Source: Eledone cirrhosa (Eukaryota). Taken from it: a stretch of DNA of 64,000 nucleotides. Position numbers and translations under genes: made by a program. The notes under the pieces are model-generated. The model saw only the letters and a program-made list of their open reading frames with translations. It did no database searches and was not told the origin of the DNA. Position 1 is the stretch's first letter, and every line of letters starts with the position of its first letter. Below are positions 1 to 13,404 of the stretch, piece by piece. The stretch is taken from contig OZ024741.1 in the NCBI GenBank assembly GCA_964016885.1, positions 232,190,001 to 232,254,000 on the forward strand, written 5' to 3'.

Positions 1-99
1 CTGAATTACGTTCCTAAAATTCAAACAACAAAACGTAAGCGACAACCTTTCGTCATTCGAAACAGAGTACAAAAATATTTCGCACATACAAAACATAAT

Positions 100-410
100 T
101 CACGATTTCAGCAAATGTCGAAAGTACAACCACAACAACGTCACCGTCAACAAAAACGCTGTCATCTCCATCCCTATTGACACAACCAACGAGGCTGCCC
201 CTGCTGACGAGGACAACAACAAATATAACAACAGCAACAATAATAGCCACAACAACCAAGACAAACAACTGCAACCACAAGAACTCCGCCAAAAACAACA
301 ACAACAGAGACAAAAGCAACAGCAGCAACAACAACAAAAATAAAAACAACAACAAGCTTAATGGAAAAAATAATGACACCGAATTGACTCAGTCCAAGAT
401 GATAATATAA
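100..410. repeat. AAC/ACA-rich low-complexity tract
   Basis: Degenerate (AAC)n/(ACA)n sequence; ORFs here are Thr/Asn-rich or Leu/Val-rich artefacts. Confidence 0.7.
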
Positions 411-1204
411 TCTGAAGGCGGAAAGACAGCTTTTTAAGTGCAGAAGGCGCAATAGACGTTATGTTCAACTAAGTGCATATTGGAGTGAGGAGTTCATCCT
501 ATATCCGACCTGTCTTTCAAGAGAAATGACAGGCGGAGAAAAACGGGTATTCCGCCATAACAAAATCTCTGGGGTATCTTTTGACAAGCAGATGTTGGGG
601 CCAGATGCACATTTCACAGAACCTCGAGATTATGCTGCAAGTAAAGCCAGATCAAACAGAAAAAAAGTTCTAACCTAATATAGATGCCAATCGAGTACGA
701 CCCGAAGAAAATTATTGAAGGCAAAAGGTCAAAATACAATCAGTTTAAGGCTAGAAGTCATCTTAATATTTTCTGACCTCCAACAATATGACGCACGAAG
801 CCAAACAAATTAACACGGCCTCAACAGGACTAACAGCTGCATATAAAAATCAAAAGTCACTTAGAGAAAAACAGCCCCAACATCAGTAGCAGAAGCACCA
901 CCACCATCATGAACGTCCATGGAAGTCATGCCCTTCCCCAATATAACACATGAGGATATTGGTCGGGACAACGTAAGGGTGTGGCATTGCATCGGTCACT
1001 AGAACAAAAAGAAAAAAGAAAATGCGACATGTATTCGCCACATATAAAAGAGGCGAATATGAAGGCAAAAAAAAAAAAACAGCAGTGGAGAAACTAAGGC
1101 CAACATCCACACAGTCCTCCCAATCATCACCACCAGCTACGGGAAAAGTTCCATCCACGACCACTTCCACCTTAAGTGATATATAATATAGATAATTGTT
1201 TATA

Positions 1205-1297
1205 ATTTAGGCACAAGGGCAGCAATTACTCAGTGCATTACTGGTACTTTATTTTATCGACCCCGTGAGGATGAAAGGCAAAGTCAACCTCGGCGGG
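1205..1297 (-). mobile_element. SINE 3' fragment (octopus OK-like family)
   Basis: CTGGTACTTTATTTTATCGACCCCGTGAGGATGAAAGGCAAAGTCAACCTCGGCGG; same family as the copies at 6345, 19699, 32975, 47003 and 54935. Confidence 0.8.
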
Positions 1298-1451
1298 ATA
1301 TATAATAGAGATAATAACAGAGAAACCTGGCACGATCGTCGTTTGTTTGGCTTTGATTTTTGCTGATCATTGGTATATGACGTTAGTGACTACCTTCAAT
1401 TGGTAGCGAAAGGCCTTCAAAATGTTTCTAAAAACAACCTACACTATATAA

Positions 1452-3456
1452 CACTGGTCAACAAGTATTTTACATCAAGCATATGTCAGGGTGTACTTAG
1501 TGAAATTGTTAATGCTCATTTCAAATATACAATTAGTTTTACATCACGTACAGTTTTCAAGATGAGAAAGTATTTTGGTTTTAGCTCAAGCATTATATAG
1601 AAATTCAAATTAATGACGTATATCAATGTATATTATTTACATCATGGAAACATCTCTTTAAAATAAACTACATGATTCATTGCTGCATATTTCAGATGCA
1701 ATATTTCATCATCTTAAATTAACCAATTAAGTTTTGTCTGATGAAATAGATATTTCAACATCTCAAATTATCCAGTCATAATTGGTCTGATGAAATATTT
1801 CATCATCTCAAATTCAATATAAGTATAACCGTTTGTATCTATTTCCTTACTTCTTTTACAGTGCTAACAATGTCAAGACAGTGTAGAAATCGTCCTGATG
1901 TGCTCTGTTATGTCTGTGGACAATTTATTGCGAAAGCTCAAAAATGTACAATAACACCAGAGATCAAGAAGATTTATAAGCTATACGTTGACTGTCCTCT
2001 TGGAGATCAGGACAAGTTATGGGTACCACAACCACATTTTATCTGCCCAGCTTGCTCAAATGGCTTACGTGATTGGTTCAATAAGTAGAAGTCCGTGCCT
2101 TTTGCCATTCCAATGATATGGAGGGAGCCGAAATACCATTTTAATGACTGTTATTTTTGCAAAGTAAAAGTTACAGGATGTTCTATGAAGAATAAACACA
2201 AAATTATGCATCCCATTTTGGATTCTGCAATGAGAACTGAACCTCACAATGGACGTCGGCTTATTCCAGTTCCACCAAATGATGGTATTCAAACATCAGA
2301 TGATGATGCTGACTGTGACGATGGTGCTGCTGTGGAAGATTACGTGGCTGATGACGATAGCTTTGAACCTCAGAAATTTTCCCAAGCTGAACTGAATGAC
2401 CTTGTCAGAGACCTATCCCTCTCAATAGATAAAGCAGAACTGTTGGCATCAAGACTGGCGTAGAAGTATCTGCTAGAGCACGGTGTTCGTATAACTTATT
2501 TTCGGCAGAGAAATTCTACAAACGTTTTTCTCTGTTGAAGGCCCGCTTTGCTTTTGCAGTATCATCGATGGACACTTTTCGAATATTTAGCACAAAATCA
2601 TGATCCTGTAGAGTGGCGTTTGTGTATTGACTCTTCAAAACGAAGTTTAAAAGTGGTACTTCACCATAATGGTAATCTGAAGCCCCACCCCCACCCCTTT
2701 TCCTATTGCACACTTCGTTCATCTTCATGAATCATATGAGAATATAGAACTTTTATGTCATGCCTATGAATGATACTCATGAAAAATATGTGGAGATTTA
2801 AAAGTCATTGGAATGTTAATGTGAATGCAGTCACGTTTCACAAAATACTGTTGTTTCTTTTCTCTATGGTATAGTCGGGCAACTGACAGACAAGAACATC
2901 ATACAATCCAGGACTGTCTAGCGTCAAGAATACACCTCTTCTAGATCCATGTAATGTCTTATTGCCTCCTTTGCACATAAAGCCTGGACTGATGAAACAG
3001 TTTATAAAGAATAAAAATGCTATGCTAGAGCTATGGAGAAAGAGACCTAGGCTTCTGGAATGACAGTATGCTGGCTGACTACTGCCAGTCACTTTACCGT
3101 GATCAACCAGATCAGTAACACCGCAGGAAATCCCAATCACAATGTTTCTAACTCTGTTGTTCTAACTTTGTCTGTGTCTTTCTGACCCATTTTTTGGTGT
3201 AATCACTCTTTGTACAATGATAGTCATGATTTTTAACTCAATAAATTTATTTAGTTTCTAAAAATAATATGTCCTTATTTATTACGTTAATGATTTCATA
3301 CATACAAATATGTCAATATTTGTATGTATCTACTGAAGAGCTGATACGTGGTGCATACAAATGTAGTGAACATTTGAAATCAGCATGAAACATTAGTCTA
3401 AAATACTTGGTTTGCATACATAATGAGTATAATACATTTAATTTTGTTGACCAGTG
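1452..3456 (+). mobile_element. Chapaev3-like (CMC superfamily) DNA transposon, decayed
   Basis: TIRs CACTGGTCAACAA (1452) and TTGTTGACCAGTG (ends 3456); flanks TAA/TCA resemble a degenerate 3-bp TSD; internal broken transposase. Confidence 0.8.
1870..3010 (+). pseudogene. Chapaev3-type transposase remnant
   Basis: CRNRPDVLCYVCG...LGDQDKLW...MPFAIPMIWREPKYHFNDCYFC...FSQAELNDLVRDLSLS...WRLCIDSSKRSLKVVL; stops and frameshifts. Confidence 0.8.
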
Positions 3457-3520
3457 TCATTAGATATACTCTATGTAAATTCATATACGCATCGCTATTT
3501 CAGAGCACCAACTCAAATCA

Positions 3521-3611
<91 letters not shown>

Positions 3612-3780
3612 CGATATTAATAAATGGAAACTATATTTATAAAACCATATTTATTTCATTATATATATTCCAGGGATACCATATTAATATCGTATATCTA
3701 CTCCAAAAACTTGTCGAGTGCTTTATATCAGTTATAAAAATATTTACTTGTTGTATCCCAACAACTTTAAATAGTACTTT

Positions 3781-3814
<34 letters not shown>

Positions 3815-3942
3815 TGCATCTATGTATGTATTTATGTATGTAGATGAAATCTCTAGACAATTTTAAAATAGTTCGACTGGAAAGTTGCTGCGTGCTGGAT
3901 TTAGATATTGACACGTCTCTTTTATCATTCTTCTATTAACAG

Positions 3943-4140
3943 AGTGGAGGATGCAAGGCTTTTATCTTTCTATTAACTCAGGTCCTAATGGTGAGCTAGT
4001 AACAATGTTTGAAAGTAAAGAGGATGAACACTTAGAAGGACGCATCCCCATTAGATTTGATAAACCATACCTAGCGGATACTGTCACCATCACTAATCTC
4101 CGCGGTCGTATACTTTCTTTGTGTGAAGTTGAGGTTTTAG
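3943..4140 (+). CDS. Host receptor gene, internal exon: C-terminal half of an F-type lectin / F5-8 type C (galactose-binding-like) domain
   Basis: Acceptor ttctattaacag, donor G|gtgagt, phase 1-1, 198 nt; WRMQGFYLS...TVTITNLRGRILSLCEVEVLG matches the LxLCEVEV end of these domains. Upstream exons not found in the window. Confidence 0.8.
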
Positions 4141-5130
4141 GTGAGTAAATTCACCCATTTAATTAACTAATCTGTCGAATATTGTATTACTTTAACAGGT
4201 TTTAATCATTGGGCTTCAGCGACTAGTGGGGCACACCAACAAACAATGCCAGTAAATATTTATATATGCTATTTATTTCATAAATGTAATTAGTGCGTCG
4301 TGAAACAGGAGAGAGGGGAGCTGAGAGGCGGAGTTAAGAGAGTGAGGATAAAATTATTTGACCCCGGCAACTATCCATGCGGTATGTGTTTCTGTCTCTA
4401 GACATCGAGTTTCGTTTTTGTTGATTATTTATTGGTTTTAATCTTCGCCGCCAGGTGGTAAATTTGTTTAAGGTTACACCTCTAGTATGATTTCAACCAA
4501 GATTAATGAGCTTGTCCTGCCCATGAAACAGGATGGAGAAGGACAGAAAAAAGGAGAGACACAAAATAACAAATTAATCACTAAGGAGGTAGCACAATGT
4601 GAGACAAAAAAGCTTTGACAATAAATAAACATACATCCTTTTAATAAACCAACCCTCTGGTAATTTGTAATAAATTGAAGGGAATACCAACAAGTGTATG
4701 TGTATGTATTGGCACTATAACCCTTCCAGATTATAGCAATATCTGTTTCAACACACGTTTTCAGATAAGAACACACACACCCACACGCACACACACACAG
4801 ACCCACACAAACACGCGTATGTGTGTGTGCGTTTTTTGTGTGTTTATGTGTGTATGTGTCTGTGCGTGTCTCTCTGTGTGTTGGTGCATATGAGTTTTTA
4901 ATTGTTATTCAGCAATATGTTCCGGCCAGATGAGGCATGCGCAATTCCATTGAAATAAATTAGTTTGTACACCGGTGTATGGTACAAAGAACGCGGAAGC
5001 GGTTTGTGTATATCTGACACCCTCCTTCCCCCGAAAAATCCTCAGTAAACACGAACTTAGACATGAGTTGACATTTTATTGTGCCTGAAGGCTATCTCTT
5101 CTAACCTTGCAAAACTTCCAACTGAGGATA

Positions 5131-5191
<61 letters not shown>

Positions 5192-5200
<9 letters not shown>

Positions 5201-5604
5201 TAAAAGGAAAAGAAAATGCTGACAAATTGTTCCCAGTGAAAAATAGTTTAATTAGGAATAAGTAAAAATTAGTAATAGTATTGGTTAGTATTCAGTTTTG
5301 GTTTTAAGTTTTACCGGTTGCGCATTTCTAATGCTTTTCAAAAATAATTTTGAGATAGAGCGCCCGTGATGTTTGCTCTAATCTGCATGTGTCTATGTGT
5401 CTGTGCGTGTCAGATTAGAGCAAACATCACGGGCGCTCTATCTCAAAATTAATTTTGAAAAGCATTAGAAATGCGCAACCGGTAAAGCTTAAAACCAAAA
5501 CTGAATACTAACCAATACTATTACTAATTTTTGTTTATTCCTAATTAAACTATTTTTCACTGGGAACAATTTGTCAGCATTTTCTTTTCCTTTTACCAAT
5601 ATAT
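5192..5604. repeat. Near-perfect long inverted repeat (194-bp arms, 25-bp spacer)
   Basis: 5192-5385 is the reverse complement of 5411-5604 with few mismatches; sits in the (TA)n tract upstream of EGF exon 1. Confidence 0.95.
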
Positions 5605-5634
5605 CATAACTCGTGTGTTACACCTCTATTCTTT

Positions 5635-5674
<40 letters not shown>

Positions 5675-5696
5675 AGCTTTCTATTCTTTTTCACAG

Positions 5697-5840
5697 AATG
5701 TAAACCCGGATTTTACGGATATTTGTGTGAAATTAATTGTACAGATTGTATAAATACGGCATGTGAAAGTTATTATGGTCTCTGTGATATTGGTTGTAAA
5801 AATGGCTTACCTTGGGATGACGCAATTAAAAGATGTCCAA
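5697..5840 (+). CDS. EGF/MEGF-like exon 1 (ECKPGFYGYLCEINCTDCINTACESYYGLCDIGCKNGLPWDDAIKRCP)
   Basis: tttcacag acceptor, gtaagt donor, 144 nt, phase 1-1, 8 Cys, open frame. Confidence 0.9.
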
Positions 5841-6344
5841 GTAAGTAATATTTTGGTTGGGAAGATATTACTTTTTACATGGTCGTTCTGTAAATGCTGT
5901 TTGTCGGAGGTGTTGGTAGAATGTAGAACGAAATGTCTTGGGGGTACTTGCTCCGTTTCTGTGTCCATCTAGGACTGGAATTGTTTAAGAATTTTGATGA
6001 AATACGTGGTGGCAATATTTGTCTCGGCATTACCAATTCTGAGGTTACATTCTAACATATCCTATCAGGGTGAATTGAGACTAAAGTTTTAACTCAGTTT
6101 ATCTCAGCCTGGCCCTTAATTGCTGTTAGCAGAGTTTATTCTCTTACAAGAATTTGAACATGCCTCTGGTTTCACGATACATTCATTTGTATAACAAGTC
6201 AACTTAGTGACAGGTAAACTTAATCCTTCTCCCAGTTAACAAAAGTCCATGATTTTTTGCTTTCCATTGCGCCTGATCTTCTTCGTAAAGGTAACTCCCA
6301 ACTTAATCTTGTAAGTCCGGGAAACCCTGACATGGCTGACGGAC

Positions 6345-6535
6345 TCTGGTGGATTGGCAGTATCGTTAGAGGGTCGGACGCCATGCTTTGACGCATATAG
6401 TTACAGCCCTTGCCATTCAGAGTTCAAATTCCGCCAAGGTTAACTTTGCCTTTCATCCTTACGGGGTCGATAAAATAAAGTACCAGTAATGCACTGGGTA
6501 ATTGCTGGCCTTGTGCCAAAAGTAGAAACAATTAT
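6345..6535 (+). mobile_element. tRNA-derived SINE (OK-like)
   Basis: A-box-like TGGCAGTATCG, B-box GAGTTCAAATTCC, conserved body ...CCTTTCATCCTTACGGGGTCGATAAAATAAAGTACCAG. Confidence 0.85.
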
Positions 6536-7169
6536 TTGATTAAGCGAAAAGAAGAAATATTTGTTACAAAACATAGCTTACAAAGAGAGCACTCCAGAAA
6601 TCCTCACTATGACAATTACAAGGTCATCTCCTATTAAAAGCAATACACTCTACTTGCATCATACAATTTAGCATATATAGTACATAGAGACGCTAAACCT
6701 AGTAAAATAGACGCTAATTAAATGTATCACCAGCTGAAATTCGGTCTGCTCCTATTTAGTTGCATCTTGGAGACGTTCAAGTCATCACTATAGTCGAAAG
6801 TCGTTAATCTGGTAGACGGAAAATACGGTCAGCCAGGTAGAACGTTCGTTTCGCCATTTTTACTTGCAGTGGTATAGTATACAATCCTTAAATTACTAAA
6901 TATTAGAGATAACTTCTCTAAACATTTGTTTTTTGATTACAATTCACTTATACGATGCGTTCCAACTTACATACATTTTTAAATTTTATATTACTAACCA
7001 TATACAATAATAGATTACGCATAATACTATACATATTTACTTTAAAAATATAATTACATTCACATTCTTAAATTATATGTAAAAAATGCATATATATTAT
7101 TGCTTGATCGATCTTACGCTCATTTATAATTCTATGTCTATATATATAATTAAATAAGATCTATATTCA

Positions 7170-7865
7170 GGCATAATCATTTATGTACCATGTACACGAA
7201 CATGCTAGACAACAACATGACGGTAACATAGACAACATTGTAATTAGAATAATATCTAAACATAGAAATGACCCAGCAGATAGGCAAATCAGAGAGGCCA
7301 GTGAAATAGAAATTAGAAGACCAAGACTAAACAGAAAGAATGAATGGAATAACAACAACAACCATACAACACTGACCTAAGAGAAGTATAAATAAGTAAA
7401 TAAAATAAAATAAATAAATACATACACAAGCACAATAACAACAAGCACATAAACACACACTAGTCACCCATCACACAGCAAACAAAACACTATACACACA
7501 CGCAAACGCATGCGCAAAGAAGACAAAATAAAATAAACAAACAAGCAAATATATAAATAAATATATAGACAGAGTGAAGAAAAATGGCGTAGACATACCA
7601 CACAACAGGAGGAAACGATAACACCACTGACGATGCTGCAGATGTGCAACGAAAGATTTATGATAAACTATATATATGTGTTTGTGTCTATATTGTATCT
7701 GTATTATTTTTGACCGTCGGTCAGTCAATGGCAACATTGAGGACCGAGTAAGTTAGATTACCGATATAAAAGACACACAAGCGAAAAGCGAAACCCAACC
7801 AAACAGTGAGTGTGTTCTGTTATTAATTCTGGCAATATTACACAAATATGACCCTCCCCAAGTAT

Positions 7866-7870
<5 letters not shown>
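7170..7870 (+). mobile_element. Penelope-like fragment (C-terminus of GIY-YIG endonuclease plus 3' repeat)
   Basis: HARQQH...RQIREASEIEIRRPRLNRKNEW resembles the GIY-YIG C-terminus also seen at 51420-51730; its 3' part resembles the reverse complement of 54640-54930. Confidence 0.6.
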
Positions 7871-7924
<54 letters not shown>

Positions 7925-7946
7925 AGTTGTGTATGCTCTTTCGTAG

Positions 7947-8090
7947 GTTGCGAACACGGATTTTATGGATATAAGTGTGAAAAGAAATGTATAGATTGTA
8001 TAGACATGTCATGTGAAACTGATTATGGTGAATGTCTCAAAGGTTGTAACATAGGTATGGATTGGGATGACAAAACTAAAAGATGTAAAG
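7947..8090 (+). CDS. EGF/MEGF-like exon 2 (CEHGFYGYKCEKKCIDCIDMSCETDYGECLKGCNIGMDWDDKTKRCK)
   Basis: ctttcgtag acceptor, gtaagt donor, 144 nt, phase 1-1, open frame. Confidence 0.88.
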
Positions 8091-9709
8091 GTAAGTGAAA
8101 TTTTCGTGGTGAAGATATTACTTTTTACCTGGTCCTCCTATAAACGATGTGTGTCGGCAATGTTGTTAGAGTGTAGAACAAAATGTCTTAGGGTACTTGT
8201 TCCGTTTTCTGCATCCATCTAGGACTGGAATTGTTTTAAAATGTTCATGATATGTGTGGTGGCTATATTTATCTCGGCATTACTCATTCTGAGCTTACGT
8301 TCCAATATATCCTATTAGGTTAACGTGAGACGTAACATTTCACTCTGTTTATCTCAACCTGGCACCTGGTTGTTTTTTGGAGGAGTTTATTCTCTTACAA
8401 GTATTTGCATAAGTCTCTGGTTTGATAATAAATTCATTGGTATAATAAGTCAACTTAGTGATAGTTAAACTTAATCTACTCTCTTAACAAAAGTCCCTAT
8501 TTTTTTTTGGGGGGGGGGGGGCTTTACGGCTGATATTCATTGTAAGGATAACATACAACTTAATATTGTAAGTGCGGGAAACCATGACATGTATCATGGG
8601 CTCTTTCCGTCATGCTTTGATTGAGAGAAAAGAGAAAAAATATGTGGCAAACTAATGCTTATCAAGAGGGCTCCCCAGAAATCATCATTCTCATAATAAA
8701 CTTTTTATCTTCTTTTGAAAGAAATACACTTTACTGGCATCATACAATTTAACATGATTAACACATAGAGTCGCTAAACCTAGTAACTTAGACGCTAATT
8801 AAATGTATCACCATCTGAAATCCGGTCTGCTCCTATCTCAGTTGCATCTTGGAGACGTTCAAGTCATCAGTATTGTTAAATGTCGTTGATTTGGTAGATG
8901 GAAAATATGTTCAGTCAGGAAGGACATTATTTCAGCCATTTTACTTACAGTGGTTGTGATTTACTCTCCACGGAATTCCTCTATTAGTAAACTAGGTTCG
9001 CCAGGTTATCTTGTTTAATATTTCTGATGTACACTAGATAGAACACAATCAGCTTTCTGGCAATGTTTGTTGTGATTTGAGGTCGCTTTGGCATACACAG
9101 TGTAGAGAAGGGCTGGGTCGTATAGACAAATTTTAACATCTGCGCTCATAGTTGATGCTGCGCAAACAAAGCGCATTCACAGGAACACCTTCACGGCCTC
9201 ACCAATACTGCTGATGACGTCCAGTTTTATTGTTGCTATTGTTGGAATACTTCATGCGGTTTCCTAATTTTTGTTGTTGCACACCATAGTCAACTAACCC
9301 AATATTTAGCTGCTACAGATTTGAACTGTTTTCTGTTAAATAGCGAAGTTTACAGACTTTCTCTCCATGGAATTATTTGGCTGGTTCCTCCATGTGACTG
9401 CGTGTCTGTGTGTGTTGGTAAATATATGAGTTTTCAATTGTTATTTAGTAAAGTTTTCGCGCTTGTTTCGTCATGCGCTATCCCTTTGAAAGACAGTATT
9501 TTATAAATCGCTTTATGGTCCAGAGAAAGCTGACGTGGTTTGTGTGCATCTGACAGCCACCTTCTCCCGAAAATCCTTCAGTATTATGAACTTTGGCGTG
9601 AGCTGACCTTATATTGTGCCCGAAAGCTTTCCCCTCTAACACTGTAAAGCTTCAATCGGAGGTAATTCGTATGTATATATTTATGATAGTTGCGTATTCT
9701 CTTTCATAG

Positions 9710-9853
9710 AATGCAAACCCGGATATTACGGATTGAACTGTGTACATAATTGTTCAGATTGTATAGACATGTCATGTGGAAATGTTAATGGTGAGTGTCA
9801 CCTTGGTTGTAAGCCAGGAAAGCAATTGGATCTAGATTCTAGTAAATGTAAAG
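9710..9853 (+). CDS. EGF/MEGF-like exon 3 (ECKPGYYGLNCVHNCSDCIDMSCGNVNGECHLGCKPGKQLDLDSSKCK)
   Basis: ctttcatag acceptor, gtaagt donor, 144 nt, phase 1-1, open frame. Confidence 0.88.
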
Positions 9854-11400
9854 GTAAGTGAAATTTTCGTTGGGAAGATCTTACTTTTTAACTGGTCATT
9901 CAATAAATACTGTGTGTCGGAAGTGTTGTTAGAGTGTAGGACAAAATGTCTTTGGGTACTTGTTCCGTTTTCTGTATCCATCTAGGACTCAAATTGCTTA
10001 AGGATTTGGACGACATTTGTGGTGGCAATATTTGTTTGGTTTTACGCATTCGGAGCTTACATTCCAATAAATCCTATTAGAATAAAGTGATAAGTAGACT
10101 TTCACCCCGTACATCTCAACCCCGCTCTTAGTTGCTTTTAGCAGAGTTTATTCTCTTGCAATTAATTGAACATGGCTCTGGGTTGAAGATACATTCATTG
10201 GTATGACTAGTCAACTTAATGAGAGTTAAACTAAATCCTTCTCTAGGATAACAAAAGTCCCTGATTTTTTTAGTTTGTTTGCGGCTATTCTAATCTGTAA
10301 TGATAAATTACAACTTAATCTTGTCCGGTAAACATCGACATAGATGATGGGCTCTATCCTTCATGCTTTGATTAAGCGAAAAGAAGAAAAATATGTGGCA
10401 AATAGCTTATAAAGAGGGCTCCTCAGAAATCATCTCTCTGATAATATAATTCTCATCTTCTTTCGAAAGCAATAGACTTTACTTGCATCATACTATTTAG
10501 CATACATAATACATAGAGACGCTAATACTAGTAAAATAGACACTAATTAAATGCATGGCCAGCCGAAATTTGGTCAGCTTTTATATCTGTTGCATTATGT
10601 CTTTGATCTGTTAGACGGAAAATACGTTCAGCCAGGTAGAACCTTCGTTCCGCCATTTTACTTAGAACGATTGCGATTTGCTCTCCACGGAATTTTTTTT
10701 ATTTTTAAACGCGGTTTGCCAGTTGATCTTTTGTAATCTTTCTCAGCCAAAATTGATGGAGCACATTCAGCTTTCTGGAAATCTTTGCTGTTTTCAGGTC
10801 GCTTTAGCATACACAGTTGTGTGGAGAACGACTGTGTCGTAGAGACAAAGTTTGACCCTGAGCAAACAAAGCGCATACATTGAAATACCATCACAGCCTT
10901 TCCAATACTGCTGATGACGTGCAGTTCATTGTTGCTTTTGTTGGATCACTTCACTGCGGCTTCATTAAATGGTGCGGTTTCCCACCATCAGCAACTAACC
11001 CAATATTTTGCTGCTGCAGATGTGAACTAGTTCCTGATATTAAGGCGATGTTGACAGACTTGTGTGTGCTCTACATGGAATTCATTTGCTGGTTACACCA
11101 TGACCGTGCGTGTTGGTGCATATATGAGTTTTTAATTGTAATTAAGCAAAAGTTTCGCGCTGGATTAGGCATACGCAATCCATTTGAAAGACACTATATT
11201 ATACATCCGTTTATTGTACGGGGAACGCTGAAGTGGCTTGTGGCAGCCTCCTCTACTGGAAAACCCTCAGTAATCATGAACTTTGACATAAGTTGATTTT
11301 TATTGTGCCCGAAAGCTATCCCTTCTAACATTGCAAATCTTCAATCCTAGGATATCTATATATGTATATGTTTGTGATAAATGTGTATTCTCTTTCACAG

Positions 11401-11544
11401 ACTGCCCACCCGGATATTACGGATTGAAGTGTGCAAATAATTGTACAGATTGTATAGACATGGAATGTGAGAATTATATTGGTAAATGTGTAAAAGGTTG
11501 TCTCAAAGGTATGGGTTGGGATGACGAAATTGAAAGATGTGAAG
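11401..11544 (+). CDS. EGF/MEGF-like exon 4 (DCPPGYYGLKCANNCTDCIDMECENYIGKCVKGCLKGMGWDDEIERCE)
   Basis: ctttcacag acceptor, gtaagt donor, 144 nt, phase 1-1. Confidence 0.9.
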
Positions 11545-13124
11545 GTAAGTGAAATTCTCGTTGGGAAGATATTACTTTTTATCTTGTGGTTCTATAAATG
11601 ATGTGTCGGAGGTGTTGGTAGAGTGTAGAACAAAATGTATTGGTGTACTTGTTCCATTTTCTGTAACCTTCTACGACTGGAATTGTCTGATAATTTTGAT
11701 GACATGCGTGGTGGCTATATTTGTCTCGGAATTACGCATTCTGAGCTTCACATTCCAATATATCGTATTAGGGTAAAGTGAGACGTCAAATTTCACTCCG
11801 TTTTTCTCACCCTCGCCCTTGGTTGTTTTTTGAGGAGTTTATTCTCTTACAAGTATTTGAATAAGTCTCTGGTTTGAAGATAAATTCATTGGTATTCCAA
11901 GTCAACTTAGTGATAGTTAAATTTAATCCTCTCTGTTAACAAAAGTCCCTGATTTTGTTTAGTTACTTTGCGGCTCATCTTCACTGTAAGGATAACATAC
12001 AACTTAATCTTGTAAGTCCGAGAAATCATGACATGGATCATGGGCTCTATCCTTCATGCTTTGATTAAGCGAAAAGAAGAAAAATATGTTGCAAACCATA
12101 GTTTATCAAACGGTTCCCCCAAAATCATCAATCTGATAATATAATTTTCATCTCCTTTTGACAATTTAGCATAATTAACACATAGAGTCGCTAAACCTAG
12201 TAACAGATACTAATTAAATGTATCTCCATCTGAAATTCGGCCTGGTTCTATTTCAGTTGCATCTTGGAGACGTTCAAGTCTTCACTATTGTTAAATGTCG
12301 TTGATTTGGTAGATGGAAAATATGGTCAGCCAGGAAGAACCTTATTTCAGCCATTTTACTTATAGTGGTTGTGACTTTCTCTCCACGGAATTCTTCTATT
12401 AGTAAACTAGGTTCGCCAGATTATCTTGTTTAATATTTCTGAGGTACACTTGATAGAACACATTCAGCTTTCTGGAATTCCTTGCTGAGATTTCAGATCG
12501 CTTTGGCATACACAGTGTGGAGAAGGGCTGGGTCGTATAGACAAAGTTTGACATCTGCGCTCATAGTTGAGGCTGAACAGACAAAGCGAATTCACTGGAA
12601 CACCTTCATCGCCTCACTAATTCTGCTGATGACGTCCAGTTTTATTGTTGCTATTGTTGGATAACTTCACTGCGGCATCCTAATTGTTGCTGTTGCCCAC
12701 CATTTTCAACTAACTCAATATTTAGCTGCTACAGACCTGAACTGTTTTCTGCTAAGTTAGCAAAATTTACAGACATTCTCTCTATGTTTTTCATTGGCTA
12801 GTTCCACCATGTGTCTGCATGTTTGTGTGTGTTGATGCATATTTGAGTTTTCAATTGTTATTTATTAAAGTTTTCGCGCTTGTTTAGTCATACGCTATCC
12901 CTTTGAAATACAGTATTTCATAAATCGTGTTATGGTCTAGAGAACACTGAAGAGGTGTGTGTGTATTCTACAGCCCACTTCTCACGAAAATCCCTCAGTA
13001 TTATTAATTTTGACGTGAGTTGACCTTTTATTGTGTCCGAAATCTATCGCTTCTAACCTTGCAAAGGTTCCATCGTAGGTTGTTTATATATATATTTATG
13101 ATAGTTGTGTATTCTCTTTCACAG

Positions 13125-13268
13125 GATGCAAACCCGGATATTACGGATTGGAATGTGCAGAACGTTGTACAGATTGTGAAGACATGGCATGTGATAAGTA
13201 TACTGGTAAATGTGAAAAAGGTTGTATCAGCGGTATGGTTTGGGATGACGTAATTAAAAGATGTGTAG
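13125..13268 (+). CDS. EGF/MEGF-like exon 5 (GCKPGYYGLECAERCTDCEDMACDKYTGKCEKGCISGMVWDDVIKRCV)
   Basis: ctttcacag acceptor, gtaagt donor, 144 nt, phase 1-1. Confidence 0.9.
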
Positions 13269-13278
13269 GTAAGTGAAA

Positions 13279-13404
13279 TTACGGATATATGTGTGAATAT
13301 AATTGTAGATTGTCTAATCATCTCATGTGGAAGTTTTAATGGTGAGTGTCACCTTGGTTGTAAGTTAGGAAAGGAATAGGATAAAACTTTTAGTAAATGT
13401 AAAG
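13279..13404 (+). pseudogene. Dead EGF exon copy (exon-3 type) lacking its acceptor
   Basis: Begins about 10 nt after the exon 5 donor; 5' end and acceptor deleted; frameshift and a TAG; donor gtaagt retained. Confidence 0.85.

Noticed and set aside
420-1170. Possible LINE ORF1/gag-like remnant (similar impression at 24800-25750 and 39230-39530)
   Set aside because: Only vague zinc-knuckle-like hints; too degraded to support a call.
3423-3642. YIYIYI, CVCVCV, THTHTH and SLSLSL ORFs here and throughout the window
   Set aside because: Translations of (TA)n, (TG)n, (CA)n and (TC)n microsatellites.
6345-6440. tRNA gene candidates (A and B boxes here and at 33455)
   Set aside because: They are heads of tRNA-derived SINEs; no complete cloverleaf.
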